The notes under the pieces: model-generated
Told to the model about the DNA's origin: nothing
The model's database searches: none
The model's input: only the letters and a program-made list of their open reading frames with translations
Made by a program: the position numbers and the translations under genes
In this document: one piece after another, positions 17,784 through 28,008 of the stretch
How positions within the stretch are numbered: position 1 is the stretch's first letter
How the letters are laid out: every line of letters begins with the position of its first letter
Source: an uncultured virus (IMG/VR IMGVR_UViG_3300024308_000022)
Taxonomy: Duplodnaviria; Heunggongvirae; Uroviricota; Caudoviricetes
DNA: 54,042 bases
Direction: 5' to 3' (one strand)
IMG/VR virus record: IMGVR_UViG_3300024308_000022
Location: 62,001 to 116,042 of that record

Positions 17784-19952
17784 ATGATACTTTATGCCGA
17801 AGATTGGGACAAATACCCAACCGCTATTCGCGACTATAAAACGAATAACAAAAGCTTTTTAGAGTACGCTCGTTTACTCGTACTGATGGGTGTCAAAAAC
17901 AGTGACTTCTGTTTAGCGTTACACCAACCTCACCTGTCTGGGGTGAATGTTTATTCTGAACACCTGTCTCGTGAGATCAAACTTGACATCCAGATGGAGG
18001 TCAGATGGAACCCGTGGTACTACTTACGTGAAGTCGTAAGGATACCACCGAACGCGTCAGATGACCCGATTCCGTTTAAAGCGAACCGTGCGAACATTTC
18101 TTTATTCTGGACGTTCTTCAACAACATCGACTATTTCTTAGTGCAACCTCGTCAGACGGGTAAATCGGTCTCTACTGACTGCTTGTCCCAAGGGATGTAT
18201 TTATTCTGGTTACGTAACTCGAGATCCTTACTGATCACCAAAGACAACACGATCCGTGTAGAGAACGTGAACCGGTTACAGAAGATGCGCTCGTACTTAC
18301 CGGAGTGGTTGGTGGTGAAAGATCCGAATGACGCCAACAACCAGACGATGCTGACGTACAACACGAACAAGAACCGGTACTTAACTGCGGTAGGACAGAA
18401 CTCTGAAGACGACGCCAACAAAACAGGACGGGGTGCGTCAGTAGGCTACCTGCATGGAGACGAGGGTCCGTTTACGAAGTACATCCACAAGACACTACCT
18501 GCAGCGATGACTGCGATGAACGCCGTGCGCGACGAAGCGCGTTTACACGGCTACCCCAATGGTGCTATCTTTACAACCACCGCAGGGAAACTCGACACAC
18601 CTGAAGGGAAGTACATGTACGAGTTTATGAACAACTCTGCTGACTGGACAGAGCGTTTATTAGACTTAAAAGACCGTACGGAATTAGTGCAGGTGATTGA
18701 AGGGACGTCACGCGGTAAGAAGCTGATGATCCTTGGTGTATGGAATCACCGTCAGTTGGGATACACGGATGAATGGCTGTACGGGAAGATCATCGAGACG
18801 GCTTCTACTGGTGAGGACGCAGATCGTGACTACTTTAATAGATGGACAACCGGTGGTTTATCAAACCCACTGCCTACAGCCATCCTCGAGAAGATCTTAA
18901 AATCAGAAGTTGATCCAGAGTGGTACGACATCGACGAACGGACTCGCTTTGTACTCAAGTGGTATATCCCTGAGTCGGAGAAACAACGCAGGATGCAGGA
19001 AGGTCGGTTTATCTTGGGGCTTGATACGTCAGACGCCATCGGAAACGATGACTGTGCTCTGGTGCTTGTCGACGTAGAAACAGGCGCTCCAGTAGCCTCT
19101 GCGACCATCAACAAATCGAACCTGATTCCAGCAGCGACGTTTGTAGCAAACATTCTGGTGAAGTACCCCACCGTGACGTTTATCCCTGAGCGGAAGAGTT
19201 CAGCTCAGACGTTTATCGACTTAGCGATCCTCGAGTTACTGAGTGCAGGGATGTGCCCATTCCAGAGAATCTTTAACAAAGTCGTGGATGACCGGGATAA
19301 CCACAAAGACCTGTTTGCTTTGATTATGAAACGTCCCGCCAACGCAGAGCTTGTGAACGAACACCGGAAGATGTTTGGTTTCATCACCACAGGCGCAAGC
19401 CGTGAGATCCTCTATGGTCGTGTACTGAAAACCGCAGCCAAACGTACAGCCACACAAATCAAAGACCGGAAACTCTCGGGTCAGATTCGTAAGCTGGAAA
19501 TGCGTAATGGAAGGATTGACCACCAACTCGGCGGACATGATGACTTAGTTGTTGCGTGGTTACTAGGCCAGTGGTTACTGATGTTTGGACGTAATTTAGA
19601 ACAGTACGGAATCGATCCTAGGAGAGTGATGTCAAAAGTGTTTGACGAAGACGTGCGTTTTGAAGACGAACAACGTAAACGTCAAGCGTTGATTGAAACT
19701 TTGCAGGATGAATTCGATACACTCACAGAGACGTTGAAACAAGCTAAAGACCCACACCAGAAAATCCTCACAACACATCGTTTGAACCAAGTGCGGCAGC
19801 AATTGACCGCCAATGGAGGAGAGGTGAAAACCATGGCCGGGTTAGACCGTGAGCTGAAAGATCGCGAACGTCAACAGAAAGATTCGCTGTATCGGAATCC
19901 TTTCCAACGCACAACCGCTCCTGGGTATTACCAAGGGGTGTACGTCCACTAA
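17784..19952 (+). CDS. terL: Terminase large subunit (phiKZ gp025-like)
   Basis: Walker A PRQTGKS, Walker B LHGDE, coupling motif TTT, nuclease motifs LGLDTS and HDDLV. Confidence 0.93.
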   Translation: MILYAEDWDKYPTAIRDYKTNNKSFLEYARLLVLMGVKNSDFCLALHQPHLSGVNVYSEHLSREIKLDIQMEVRWNPWYYLREVVRIPPNASDDPIPFKANRANISLFWTFFNNIDYFLVQPRQTGKSVSTDCLSQGMYLFWLRNSRSLLITKDNTIRVENVNRLQKMRSYLPEWLVVKDPNDANNQTMLTYNTNKNRYLTAVGQNSEDDANKTGRGASVGYLHGDEGPFTKYIHKTLPAAMTAMNAVRDEARLHGYPNGAIFTTTAGKLDTPEGKYMYEFMNNSADWTERLLDLKDRTELVQVIEGTSRGKKLMILGVWNHRQLGYTDEWLYGKIIETASTGEDADRDYFNRWTTGGLSNPLPTAILEKILKSEVDPEWYDIDERTRFVLKWYIPESEKQRRMQEGRFILGLDTSDAIGNDDCALVLVDVETGAPVASATINKSNLIPAATFVANILVKYPTVTFIPERKSSAQTFIDLAILELLSAGMCPFQRIFNKVVDDRDNHKDLFALIMKRPANAELVNEHRKMFGFITTGASREILYGRVLKTAAKRTATQIKDRKLSGQIRKLEMRNGRIDHQLGGHDDLVVAWLLGQWLLMFGRNLEQYGIDPRRVMSKVFDEDVRFEDEQRKRQALIETLQDEFDTLTETLKQAKDPHQKILTTHRLNQVRQQLTANGGEVKTMAGLDRELKDRERQQKDSLYRNPFQRTTAPGYYQGVYVH

Positions 19953-19968
19953 ACGGGAGGACTGGGAC

Positions 19969-20691
19969 GTGGGACAAAAAGCATTGGAGACGTACCTTTT
20001 AAGTACGCAACCGACCTTTACCTTAAGAGACCCAGAGACCGAGTGTATCTGGTTACGGACGTTTGACTTACATCACACTCGGTTGTGTGATTGTCAAGCG
20101 TACGTGTGGATTGAAGACGCTGGCGTACAGCGTCTACTGGGGCTAGTGTTTCACGACATTTCTTCCTACACCAAGGCGAACGTGGAGTACTTCTTTAACC
20201 GAGCAAAAGAAGAGTCGGGGCGTGAAATACGAGTACTTGCAGTAGGGCGATTCTTTCATCGGTTTGTGTACCCCGCACCAGAGATCTGGTTAGGGGGTTT
20301 AAAATTAGCCGACGAGTTACTGGGGTTAGTCACACCAGAGCGAGTCCACGTACAAGAACACGCTTACGGTGACACACTGGTGTTGCGTGTTAGCGACTGG
20401 TTCAGTACAAAAACTTTCATAGGCGGACATCGAGGGACGTTACTGAAACACCAGTTGGATTTAGACACCTGCACAACTTTACCTTACGGTGGAATTGAGT
20501 TAGTGTTTGACTACCCAGCTGGGTTTACTGTTTCTTTCTTCAAAGCCCTCTTTACTGGGATCTACCGTAAAGGAGAACTCCCGTGTGACTTTAAACGTCG
20601 GTTTGTGTGTACAGGGATTACGCCATGGATACACAACTACGAACAAGCCATCGATGAGTTACAGCTCGACTTAGATACCGAAGACGCATAA
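19969..20691 (+). CDS. Two-domain protein with C-terminal STAS-like (DUF4325-type) domain
   Basis: FIGGHRG..L...LDLD...IELVFD....FTVSFFKALF...FKRRF pattern; GGGAGG RBS. Confidence 0.55.
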   Translation: MGQKALETYLLSTQPTFTLRDPETECIWLRTFDLHHTRLCDCQAYVWIEDAGVQRLLGLVFHDISSYTKANVEYFFNRAKEESGREIRVLAVGRFFHRFVYPAPEIWLGGLKLADELLGLVTPERVHVQEHAYGDTLVLRVSDWFSTKTFIGGHRGTLLKHQLDLDTCTTLPYGGIELVFDYPAGFTVSFFKALFTGIYRKGELPCDFKRRFVCTGITPWIHNYEQAIDELQLDLDTEDA

Positions 20692-20718
20692 AGAGGGAGG
20701 CAAGCGCCTCCCTCTATG
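20687..20718. terminator. Bidirectional terminator-like hairpin
   Basis: CATA-AAGAGGGAGGC-AAGC-GCCTCCCTC-TATG between convergent genes. Confidence 0.8.
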
Positions 20719-20723
20719 CTGGT

Positions 20724-22019
20724 TTACTTAAAGTAGTGTTTCGTGAGGGCTCTGAGTGCAATGTAGAGCATCACGCCACTCCGCTCTGGGGCGGTAGGGA
20801 CGGTCGACTTCCTGAGTTTCAAGTCTTGGACTAAACGATCCCCAAGCTTCCGTAAGTGCATGACATTCTTGTCGTTGATACGTGAACCCATGTACATGGC
20901 TTTGAGTCGTTCAATCAAAAACGCTAAGTCGGACGTTTTGATTCTCCGTGAAGCCATAAACTCGATGGTGTAGAGTAAGGTTTCTGTTAGGAGTTCTTGT
21001 AGGTACGCTTTCTTTGGATTCGTGAGGTTTTCACTTAGGTAGTAAAGCGCTGCTTCAAAGACTTTTTTGTCTATAGAAGGAATTGCTACTGCCACCACGT
21101 CGATCAGCTCTTGTCGTACAAAGTTCTTTGGCTCTAATGCTACCTGTTGTAAGTAACGCATCAAGTCATGGTACACACGTGAGACGTCACGGATAAACGT
21201 CCCTTCTGAAGACTCAATCACAGAGCTTGTCGTGACCACACGACTATTGGAGCTACGGACGTCGTAGAAGACTTTGGTGTAGTCTTTGATTACGTTGCGT
21301 ATCCGTGTCTGCATGTCTGATACCATATACAAACACGCTTCGTCTGGTCCGTACTTCAGTAAGGTTTGTACGTGTAAACCTTCACGAGAGACAAAGTGCT
21401 CTGCTCTGGAGTCAAAGAGCGCCGACCACGTCCCTAAGCGTTTGATGTCAAACCGTTGACTCAACGACTCTTCTGAAAGTTCCGTGGGATGGTCTTTCAG
21501 TAAACGCGCTACTACAGAGTCAAAGTTTTCAAAAGCGACTTTAGCAACCGCAGGGTCAGCTGGGTAGTGGAAGTACTCTGAGAGTAACGAAGAGCTAAAC
21601 TTGTAGTGCAATAAACGCACACAGTCTTGCTGGGCTTGTAAGGAGACGCTTTGACTTAAGTCGGAGTCTTTAAACCGATACACGGTATACAGCAGCAAGT
21701 GGTTCAGTGGATCAGACAGAACATTGTACTCTTCGGGAATCAACGGCTCTGAGGGATCTTTAGGGCTTTTGAGTTTCAATAAGTCTTGTCGCAGTGCGTA
21801 CTCGTCAATCCGAAAGACTTCATCAAACAACCAGTCTCGGTCTTCCCCAGTGAACTTGACTGGGTACACGCCTAAAAGACCTGTCCCAAAAAACATCAAG
21901 TGATCTTCGTTCTTTGTTTTAAACGCTTGTACGGTGTGCTGTAAAGACCCAGCCATCCGACGATCGTATTTCAAGTGACTGCATACACGATCGAATAGTT
22001 CTTTTAATTGAGCCGACAT
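20724..22019 (-). CDS. Virion structural protein (phiKZ gp032-like)
   Basis: KNEDH..FFG..LLGV, FDIK.LGTW, LYI.LRALT motifs; AGGAG RBS; TATG at 22050-22047. Confidence 0.75.
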   Translation of the reverse strand: MSAQLKELFDRVCSHLKYDRRMAGSLQHTVQAFKTKNEDHLMFFGTGLLGVYPVKFTGEDRDWLFDEVFRIDEYALRQDLLKLKSPKDPSEPLIPEEYNVLSDPLNHLLLYTVYRFKDSDLSQSVSLQAQQDCVRLLHYKFSSSLLSEYFHYPADPAVAKVAFENFDSVVARLLKDHPTELSEESLSQRFDIKRLGTWSALFDSRAEHFVSREGLHVQTLLKYGPDEACLYMVSDMQTRIRNVIKDYTKVFYDVRSSNSRVVTTSSVIESSEGTFIRDVSRVYHDLMRYLQQVALEPKNFVRQELIDVVAVAIPSIDKKVFEAALYYLSENLTNPKKAYLQELLTETLLYTIEFMASRRIKTSDLAFLIERLKAMYMGSRINDKNVMHLRKLGDRLVQDLKLRKSTVPTAPERSGVMLYIALRALTKHYFK

Positions 22020-22058
22020 GGGCTTACACTCCTGTTAGAACGTCTACATAAAATGCAG

Positions 22059-22088
22059 CATAGTGGAGGGGGCCTCAACCCCCTCCAC
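22059..22088 (-). terminator. Terminator-like hairpin closing ncRNA A and the helicase transcript
   Basis: Minus strand GTGGAGGGGG-TTGAGG-CCCCCTCCAC-TATG. Confidence 0.75.
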
Positions 22089-22251
22089 CAGCTAAACGGT
22101 GCGCTTTAGGTACAGTGGGCTTTGGTAACCACCAACCAACGCCCTCACCACCATCCTGCAACAGAGGGACTACGTAGCTAAAAAGGAGTAAAACTACGAG
22201 TAGGACGGGAACCATTCACGGGCGTTTTTGAGAAACGTACGTAATCGCACC
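22059..22251 (-). ncRNA. Candidate structured ncRNA A
   Basis: TATG at 22254-22251; nested helices GGUGCG/CGCACC, AACGCCC/GGGCGUU, CCGUCCU/AGGAUGG, CGUAGUU/AGCUACG; loop UUACUCCUUUUU; no ORF; followed by a terminator. Confidence 0.65.
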
Positions 22252-22262
22252 ATACCATTACC

Positions 22263-24257
22263 CTACCAGTAAAAACTAACTGGCATTCTCACCCCAGTGT
22301 CTAAACCGTAGTCTTCGGTAGAGACCGTTCCTGTGGTCCCCATCAACTGGTCGATCTGTCCTTGTGCCCACTCGAGGATCTCTTTAGAACGAGTAGAAAT
22401 GTTAGGGACGTTCCCAGTATCTAAGAACACATCAAACACGTAGACCTGCTGGTCTTGTCCGATCCGATCCGCTCGAGCAATCGCTTGCTCTCGTTCGTGG
22501 GGTCTAAACGGGGAGTTCAGAAACACAACGGTGTTCGCAGCAAGGATAGGGACTGCGGTGGATAAACTGTCTAAGGTCGCTACCAGAGGGTTCTCACTAC
22601 CTTTCTTGTAACGTTCTAAGATACCGTCTAAGTCTTTGTTGGTTTCTGCAAAGACCGTGAGAGGTTTGTACCCTAACCCTTTAAGTCGTGTGTCTGTTGC
22701 TTTGACAACATCTACGTAGGACGTAAAGAGTAAAGTTTTCTTAATGGACGAATCCACTAAGTCTTTTAAGTCTAGATTTTCCATCACCTCGATCGCGCAC
22801 TCCACGCGTTTACGATTGAGGAGGTTTCCTAAACACTCTCCACGTACTTTCAAAGGTAAGTACTTCACGATACTTTTCACTTCCTTAAACTGACGCGCTA
22901 GGGCATCTGGTAAAGAAGGAATCAATTCGTGTTTCTCGTAAAGGTTACAAAACTTGATCTCTGGTCCTAAGTGACGGTAGTCGGTACTCTTACGGATGAT
23001 TCTCAGTAAAGTTAAGTACTTGGAGAACTCGTGTTGTTGAGACTGTGACTTGAGCGCAATTCGGTCTTTGTGGTACCGGATACACTCCTCAAAGAGTTTT
23101 ACGTAGTGGTCAAAGTCTTTCTGGTAGTACTTTAACCGTTCTGTGATATACTCGGTCATTGCTACACGAATCACATCTAAGGTGTACCGTTCTGCTTTGG
23201 GAATCTTTACGCGAATCTCTTTAACGATCGGAGCACGTTCGATGATCTCGCTTTTGTCGATTCGGTAGGTGGTCTTACCGATACGATTGGCTAAGATATC
23301 CAAAGCTCGTGCAGAGTCTAGACCATAGATCGTTCGAAACGCAGTCTCTGTTTCTTGAGTAAAGAGTGGGTCGATCGTCCGTAAGAAAGGAATGACTTCT
23401 TTCCCTAACGCTTTGATCGGCGTTCCCGACATCCAGAGCGTAGAGACTGGGTTGAGTAGTTTTGCTAACGTCACAAAGGCATCTGTACGGATAGAGTCAG
23501 GGTCATTAAAGTTGTGGCACTCGTCTAGGACGAGGTTGACTCTTTTCCCTTTTAAGAACTTTGCTTCCTCTAAGAACTTGACTAAGTACTCGTAGTGGAG
23601 GATATAAAACCGTTTGTTAGGAGGTGGTGGTGTACCTACCGCAGAAGTCCAATACGTGGGAGGTGACACAAACTCTTTATCCAACGTACTCGCCCATGGA
23701 TCAGTTAACGCGTTCTTCGGACACACGACGATGGTGTGGTCGGTTTTTAACCCATACGACAACCACGCGGACATTAGGGTTTTCCCAGAACCCGGTGGGG
23801 AGGCTAACATATAACCACGTAGACCGTACTGCTGTGCGTTACGCTCGTACTCTTTAAAGAACGCTTCCTGATGCGGATACGGTTTCTTCTTCAGGAGTTT
23901 AAACTGACTACGGTCTAATAAAGGAGACTCTGGTTCTACGAGGGTGTTCTTAAGCCACGTGTGTTCCAATAAGCCCGCTTTGATACTGAGGAGGGTTTTA
24001 GCAAAGCCTTGTGTACCTTTGTACTGGAGAAAGAGTTTCTCTACGATATACAAAAGCTCTACCGCAAAGAACTTGTGGAGTTTAAAGCCAAACTTGTTGT
24101 GTTCGCGAAAGATCCCTGATTCAATTTTCGAGGTCTTCCACGTTTTGTAGATCAGCTGAGAAAGACGTTGGTTGTTGAGGCCCTCTACGTGAATTTGATC
24201 TCCGATTTCTTCTACAGTGACATACCCGACAAAACGTTTTAATACGGAGCTAAGCAC
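22263..24257 (-). CDS. SNF2/superfamily 2 helicase
   Basis: PPGSGKT, DECH, SGTP, QAIARADRIGQ; GTG 24257 after AAAAGGAAGGGG. Confidence 0.9.
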   Translation of the reverse strand: MLSSVLKRFVGYVTVEEIGDQIHVEGLNNQRLSQLIYKTWKTSKIESGIFREHNKFGFKLHKFFAVELLYIVEKLFLQYKGTQGFAKTLLSIKAGLLEHTWLKNTLVEPESPLLDRSQFKLLKKKPYPHQEAFFKEYERNAQQYGLRGYMLASPPGSGKTLMSAWLSYGLKTDHTIVVCPKNALTDPWASTLDKEFVSPPTYWTSAVGTPPPPNKRFYILHYEYLVKFLEEAKFLKGKRVNLVLDECHNFNDPDSIRTDAFVTLAKLLNPVSTLWMSGTPIKALGKEVIPFLRTIDPLFTQETETAFRTIYGLDSARALDILANRIGKTTYRIDKSEIIERAPIVKEIRVKIPKAERYTLDVIRVAMTEYITERLKYYQKDFDHYVKLFEECIRYHKDRIALKSQSQQHEFSKYLTLLRIIRKSTDYRHLGPEIKFCNLYEKHELIPSLPDALARQFKEVKSIVKYLPLKVRGECLGNLLNRKRVECAIEVMENLDLKDLVDSSIKKTLLFTSYVDVVKATDTRLKGLGYKPLTVFAETNKDLDGILERYKKGSENPLVATLDSLSTAVPILAANTVVFLNSPFRPHEREQAIARADRIGQDQQVYVFDVFLDTGNVPNISTRSKEILEWAQGQIDQLMGTTGTVSTEDYGLDTGVRMPVSFYW

Positions 24258-24386
24258 AATGAACCCCTTCCTTTTTATATAAATTAACCACATGAGATTA
24301 ACGTATAACCCCACGACACACAGGATCGTGCACCCGAATTAATGCTATGCGTCAGAGGAGATCTGACCGTTAGAAAAGGACAGAGT

Positions 24387-24950
24387 ATGAACACTCCCGA
24401 ATACGTTTTTATTCCTAAGAAGGACCCAACCCACACGACGGTAGTGGATGTTTTTGTCGGTGAGACGTTGGTTGCGCAAGTTGGTTTAGGGATACTCTTA
24501 GGGTATCCTTCTGTATACCTGTACGGCAAGAAACCTACGGTGTATGCGTTACTCACCGTAGACGATACCGCCCGTATCCACAGCGTGCTGTATAAGTTCT
24601 CTCAGTGGTTTCTACAAGTAAACCACCAACCGCTGGACCGGTACTACATCGGCACCATCCGAAACCTGTTCAAAGGGACTACGAGTCTCTTTTTGATTGA
24701 CCAACACGTACTGGGATGTATCAGTCCAATGTATAGTGCTGGAGGGACTGCGTACGACATGCAAGCTCATCCTGACGGTAAACCGACCGATCGGTATTAC
24801 GTCAGTGTACTTTTGGAGAACACCCCCCGTGAGCACGAAGGGTACTTGGAACAACTACTTTGTAAAGCGTACGCTAATGTCGCGTATTTAGAACACAAAA
24901 AACAGACAGAGGGTAGAACATGCAACGATCAACCAGCTCAGCGGGTTTAG
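24387..24950 (+). CDS. Hypothetical protein
   Basis: ORF 24342..24950; ATG 24387 after AAAAGGA. Confidence 0.65.
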   Translation: MNTPEYVFIPKKDPTHTTVVDVFVGETLVAQVGLGILLGYPSVYLYGKKPTVYALLTVDDTARIHSVLYKFSQWFLQVNHQPLDRYYIGTIRNLFKGTTSLFLIDQHVLGCISPMYSAGGTAYDMQAHPDGKPTDRYYVSVLLENTPREHEGYLEQLLCKAYANVAYLEHKKQTEGRTCNDQPAQRV

Positions 24951-26008
24951 TGACTGCTGCGATCAACCAAGCCAACGGCAAAGAGTTTGCTGTAGAGCAA
25001 CTGCGTTTTGGAATCCCTCAGGTTTTAGAAGGTACGCCTAACACGTCGGTGATCGCTGGGTTTATCCAAGGGAAACGAGAAGACGTGGTAGTATTCACGT
25101 ATGATCGTTTTTTATTCCCTGAACTCTTTCGTGTGGGTGTAGACACTCCTGTACTCCAGATTCCACGTCACGCACTGTCGCGTTTAGACACGGTAGGGAT
25201 ACTAGACTACATCAATGGTCGGTTTGACACCGTATTGGAGCTCAATGAGTTTTATAACCAGCGTTACACCGAAGGGACGTATCCACTGGAGCTGACGTTA
25301 ACGCCTGAGCAGTCTTTAGCTTACCGTACAGGTCTAGACATTCGTGTTTTGGATCACGGTGTGGAGCCTACAGGGACGGTTGCGTTTCCGGGATTTGAGT
25401 ACCCCATTCCAATCAACTACAGCAGTGAGGTCCAACCTTCACTGGGTGTTGTGCCTACAGACCCACCAGAGCTAGAACACGGAATTGGAATACTCGCAGG
25501 GGGACACGTCGCAGTCACGAATTTAGAATGTGAGCTCGCCATGTGTGCACGCAGCGATCGTTCGGGTGTTCTACCTTACTTCATTACTTCTACCTATTAC
25601 GTTAGTAGTGAAGACCCGTTGGGTTGGTTCGTACCAGTCACGATTTCTTTGTTAACCAAAGAACGTATTGTGAGTCTAAAAGACCAGTACCACACGACTC
25701 TCACCGTGTCGTACTTAGAGGACGAGGTTATCGTAGGAAGCCGCGCGTGGGTACTGAACGAAGAAGCCGGTGAATACGCGTGGGTGGGGGATGTCTCTAA
25801 CATTCCTGCGTTGTCTACAACTACCCCAGAGACTACCGTGGTGCAGACGGTACTGTACGGACGGTTAGTGGTGCCTTTCTTAGGGGTCACTCCTCCTTTG
25901 AATGGAGCCATCCCTACGGGGACCTATCAGTTTACACTAACAGCTGAAGCCCTTGATACCTTTGTTGTGAATGACCTTTTTTTACAGATCACTATAGTAG
26001 TGGTTTAA
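24920..26008 (+). CDS. Putative virion tail/baseplate-associated protein
   Basis: N-terminal module (INQANG...FG.P...NT....Y.R...IN..F...SLAY) resembles a repeated phiKZ-like tail protein domain; beta-rich C-terminus. Confidence 0.6.
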   Translation: MQRSTSSAGLVTAAINQANGKEFAVEQLRFGIPQVLEGTPNTSVIAGFIQGKREDVVVFTYDRFLFPELFRVGVDTPVLQIPRHALSRLDTVGILDYINGRFDTVLELNEFYNQRYTEGTYPLELTLTPEQSLAYRTGLDIRVLDHGVEPTGTVAFPGFEYPIPINYSSEVQPSLGVVPTDPPELEHGIGILAGGHVAVTNLECELAMCARSDRSGVLPYFITSTYYVSSEDPLGWFVPVTISLLTKERIVSLKDQYHTTLTVSYLEDEVIVGSRAWVLNEEAGEYAWVGDVSNIPALSTTTPETTVVQTVLYGRLVVPFLGVTPPLNGAIPTGTYQFTLTAEALDTFVVNDLFLQITIVVV

Positions 26009-26013
26009 ACCAG

Positions 26014-26045
26014 CATAGAGGGAGGCTCGAGCCTCCCTCTTTATG
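26014..26045. terminator. Bidirectional terminator-like hairpin
   Basis: CATAGAGGGAGGC-TCGA-GCCTCCCTCTTTATG between convergent genes. Confidence 0.8.
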
Positions 26046-26050
26046 TTGTC

Positions 26051-26920
26051 TTATTGTCCACCGGCGATTAACATCCGGTAGTGTTTCATTGCCGACTTTG
26101 GATCGGCTAAGAGCGCCATCGCTTTCCACTGTGTTGCTAAGTACTCTGCGTACAGGTCATTCGCGTCTTCGTACCGTTCGATGATACTGGTGAAACGATC
26201 TAACGTCATCCCGTAGAACAACTCTTGCTCGCCCATCTCTAATAAGTAGTTGTTGTAGATCCACGCTTTGGTGGCGAGGATCGCTAACTTAGAAAGCGCG
26301 TGGTAGTACTTCGAAGGAATAGTCGCAAATTGACTGTCGTACCCTAAAAGCACAGACATGTATCCATTTCTGACTAAAGGAGTCCAGTCGGTGATCAGAA
26401 TGGTGTTTGGACCAATGATCGTAGTGTTAGCAGACTGAGAGATAGGAATAGGCGACACTGCGTTCAGCATCCCTTGCATCCCTTGCTGGATGATCGTGGA
26501 GTTCGCTGTGGTGTAAGGCCATTGCCCACCCGAGTACGACGTGCTCCCTACCTGTGAGTTAATCCCGTAGATAAACGCATGCACAGCGGTGATCTCTAAA
26601 CCATTGGTTCTACTCTTTGGAATTTGATAGATGACGTTAAAGCGTCCTTCGTATGCAAATGGAGAATCCAGCTCTTGGTGAGCTAAACCGTCTAAGGAGA
26701 TATCCACAGACGTACCGCCTGCGTAGTCTAAGTCAGGACGCAAACGCCCTTCGATGACCTTGTCTATTAATTGCGCATCGATGCTATTTGCAAATTGGAA
26801 TCCATAAGCAGGCGCAGCTTGACGTACAGAACGGATCACTTGTGGAGCGAACACCCGTTCGATAATCTGAGGAGGAATCTCCTGTTTGATTCGGTTGAGT
26901 AAATACTGAATTGCGTTCAT
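26051..26920 (-). CDS. Conserved Chimalliviridae protein (possibly phiKZ gp042-like)
   Basis: MNAIQY.L..IK.EIP N-terminus, LATKAWIYN, Y.DA..LY.EYL...W; divergent from phuZ. Confidence 0.6.
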   Translation of the reverse strand: MNAIQYLLNRIKQEIPPQIIERVFAPQVIRSVRQAAPAYGFQFANSIDAQLIDKVIEGRLRPDLDYAGGTSVDISLDGLAHQELDSPFAYEGRFNVIYQIPKSRTNGLEITAVHAFIYGINSQVGSTSYSGGQWPYTTANSTIIQQGMQGMLNAVSPIPISQSANTTIIGPNTILITDWTPLVRNGYMSVLLGYDSQFATIPSKYYHALSKLAILATKAWIYNNYLLEMGEQELFYGMTLDRFTSIIERYEDANDLYAEYLATQWKAMALLADPKSAMKHYRMLIAGGQ

Positions 26921-27016
26921 CAGGAACTCCATCGGTTAAAAACTAACGACGGCTCTAGTCTTATGTAGACAGCTCGTCTTTTGGCTCATAGGTTTACACT
27001 GAAGAAGGAAACTAGA

Positions 27017-28000
27017 ATGAAGAAAACATTACGTATTTATGGCTGTGGTGGCGCGGGGATCAACAACGCAGCGTACTTTCAAAGTGCGGTAGAGCAGCAA
27101 GTCCCAGGACACGCGGAATTAGAAATCGCGTATATCGACACCTCCAAAGCGAACTTAACCGACGCTATTCCTACGGAGTCGGTGTATATCGTTCCACTGG
27201 GTGATAAGAAAGATGGTGCAGGTAAAGTCCGTGGTCAGTTGGCTTCTGATATTGAGAAGCACATCCCACAAATCCTTCAGAAACACGCACCGGGCGATTT
27301 TAATATCGTACTGGCCTCTACGACAGGCGGAAGTGGAAACGTCGCTGCATCGTTACTGCAGGCTCGTTTGTTAGAGTTAGGTATCCCTGTGGTGGCGATC
27401 TTTATCGGTTCAGCAGAATCTGCGCTGAGCGCACAGAACAACGTCAAGGTCATCGAGTCGTTAGACAAAATGGCACGGGGACGTAACGTACCGATGTCGA
27501 TGTTCTATGTGCTGACTGATCCACTGAATGATGGTTATACTGCAACAGAAGCCGACTCAGAAGCACGACGTTTAGTGTCGTATATTTCTCGTGCGGTCTC
27601 TGGTGAGAACTCTCGTGTAGATAGTTCGGACGTGATCAACTGGGTGTTCTACAACCGTGTGACTCAGGTCAAACCTCAACTGGCTTTAATTGACTACTGT
27701 CTAAACGACGACGAACTCAAAGACGTGGAGTTCCCAATCAGTTTATTCAGTTTGTCCAGTAACCCAGACTACTACCCACCGGTCGCTGCTGGGTACATCT
27801 GCGATGGGTTATTAGCTCCAGCAGGAAACGACGACGACCTGAAACAACTACAGTTAGTGATCACGACTGTAGGTGTGGAGAAACTGTACTCCATCGCTAA
27901 AGAGCGTTTAACTGCCATCCAACAACAACAAGCCAGTCTGCCAGAGACGTCCGCCTTAGGTGGTGAGAGCGATTCTACGGGCTCAGGTTTGATTTTGTAG
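27017..28000 (+). CDS. phuZ: PhuZ phage tubulin
   Basis: YGCGGAGIN, IDTS, GAGK.R, TTGGSG signature loop, T7-loop D..D, acidic tail ending GLIL; TATG at 26962. Confidence 0.93.
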   Translation: MKKTLRIYGCGGAGINNAAYFQSAVEQQVPGHAELEIAYIDTSKANLTDAIPTESVYIVPLGDKKDGAGKVRGQLASDIEKHIPQILQKHAPGDFNIVLASTTGGSGNVAASLLQARLLELGIPVVAIFIGSAESALSAQNNVKVIESLDKMARGRNVPMSMFYVLTDPLNDGYTATEADSEARRLVSYISRAVSGENSRVDSSDVINWVFYNRVTQVKPQLALIDYCLNDDELKDVEFPISLFSLSSNPDYYPPVAAGYICDGLLAPAGNDDDLKQLQLVITTVGVEKLYSIAKERLTAIQQQQASLPETSALGGESDSTGSGLIL

Positions 28001-28008
28001 TCGACCAG

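Noticed and set aside
22173..22198. Plus-strand hairpin with GGA in the loop as a CsrA/RsmA sponge
   Set aside because: Only one such loop; G-U pairs, the promoter motif and the terminator all favour the minus strand
22100..22220. GGUUCCC and CCACUG words suggesting a cobalamin riboswitch
   Set aside because: The remaining B12-box elements and spacing are absent
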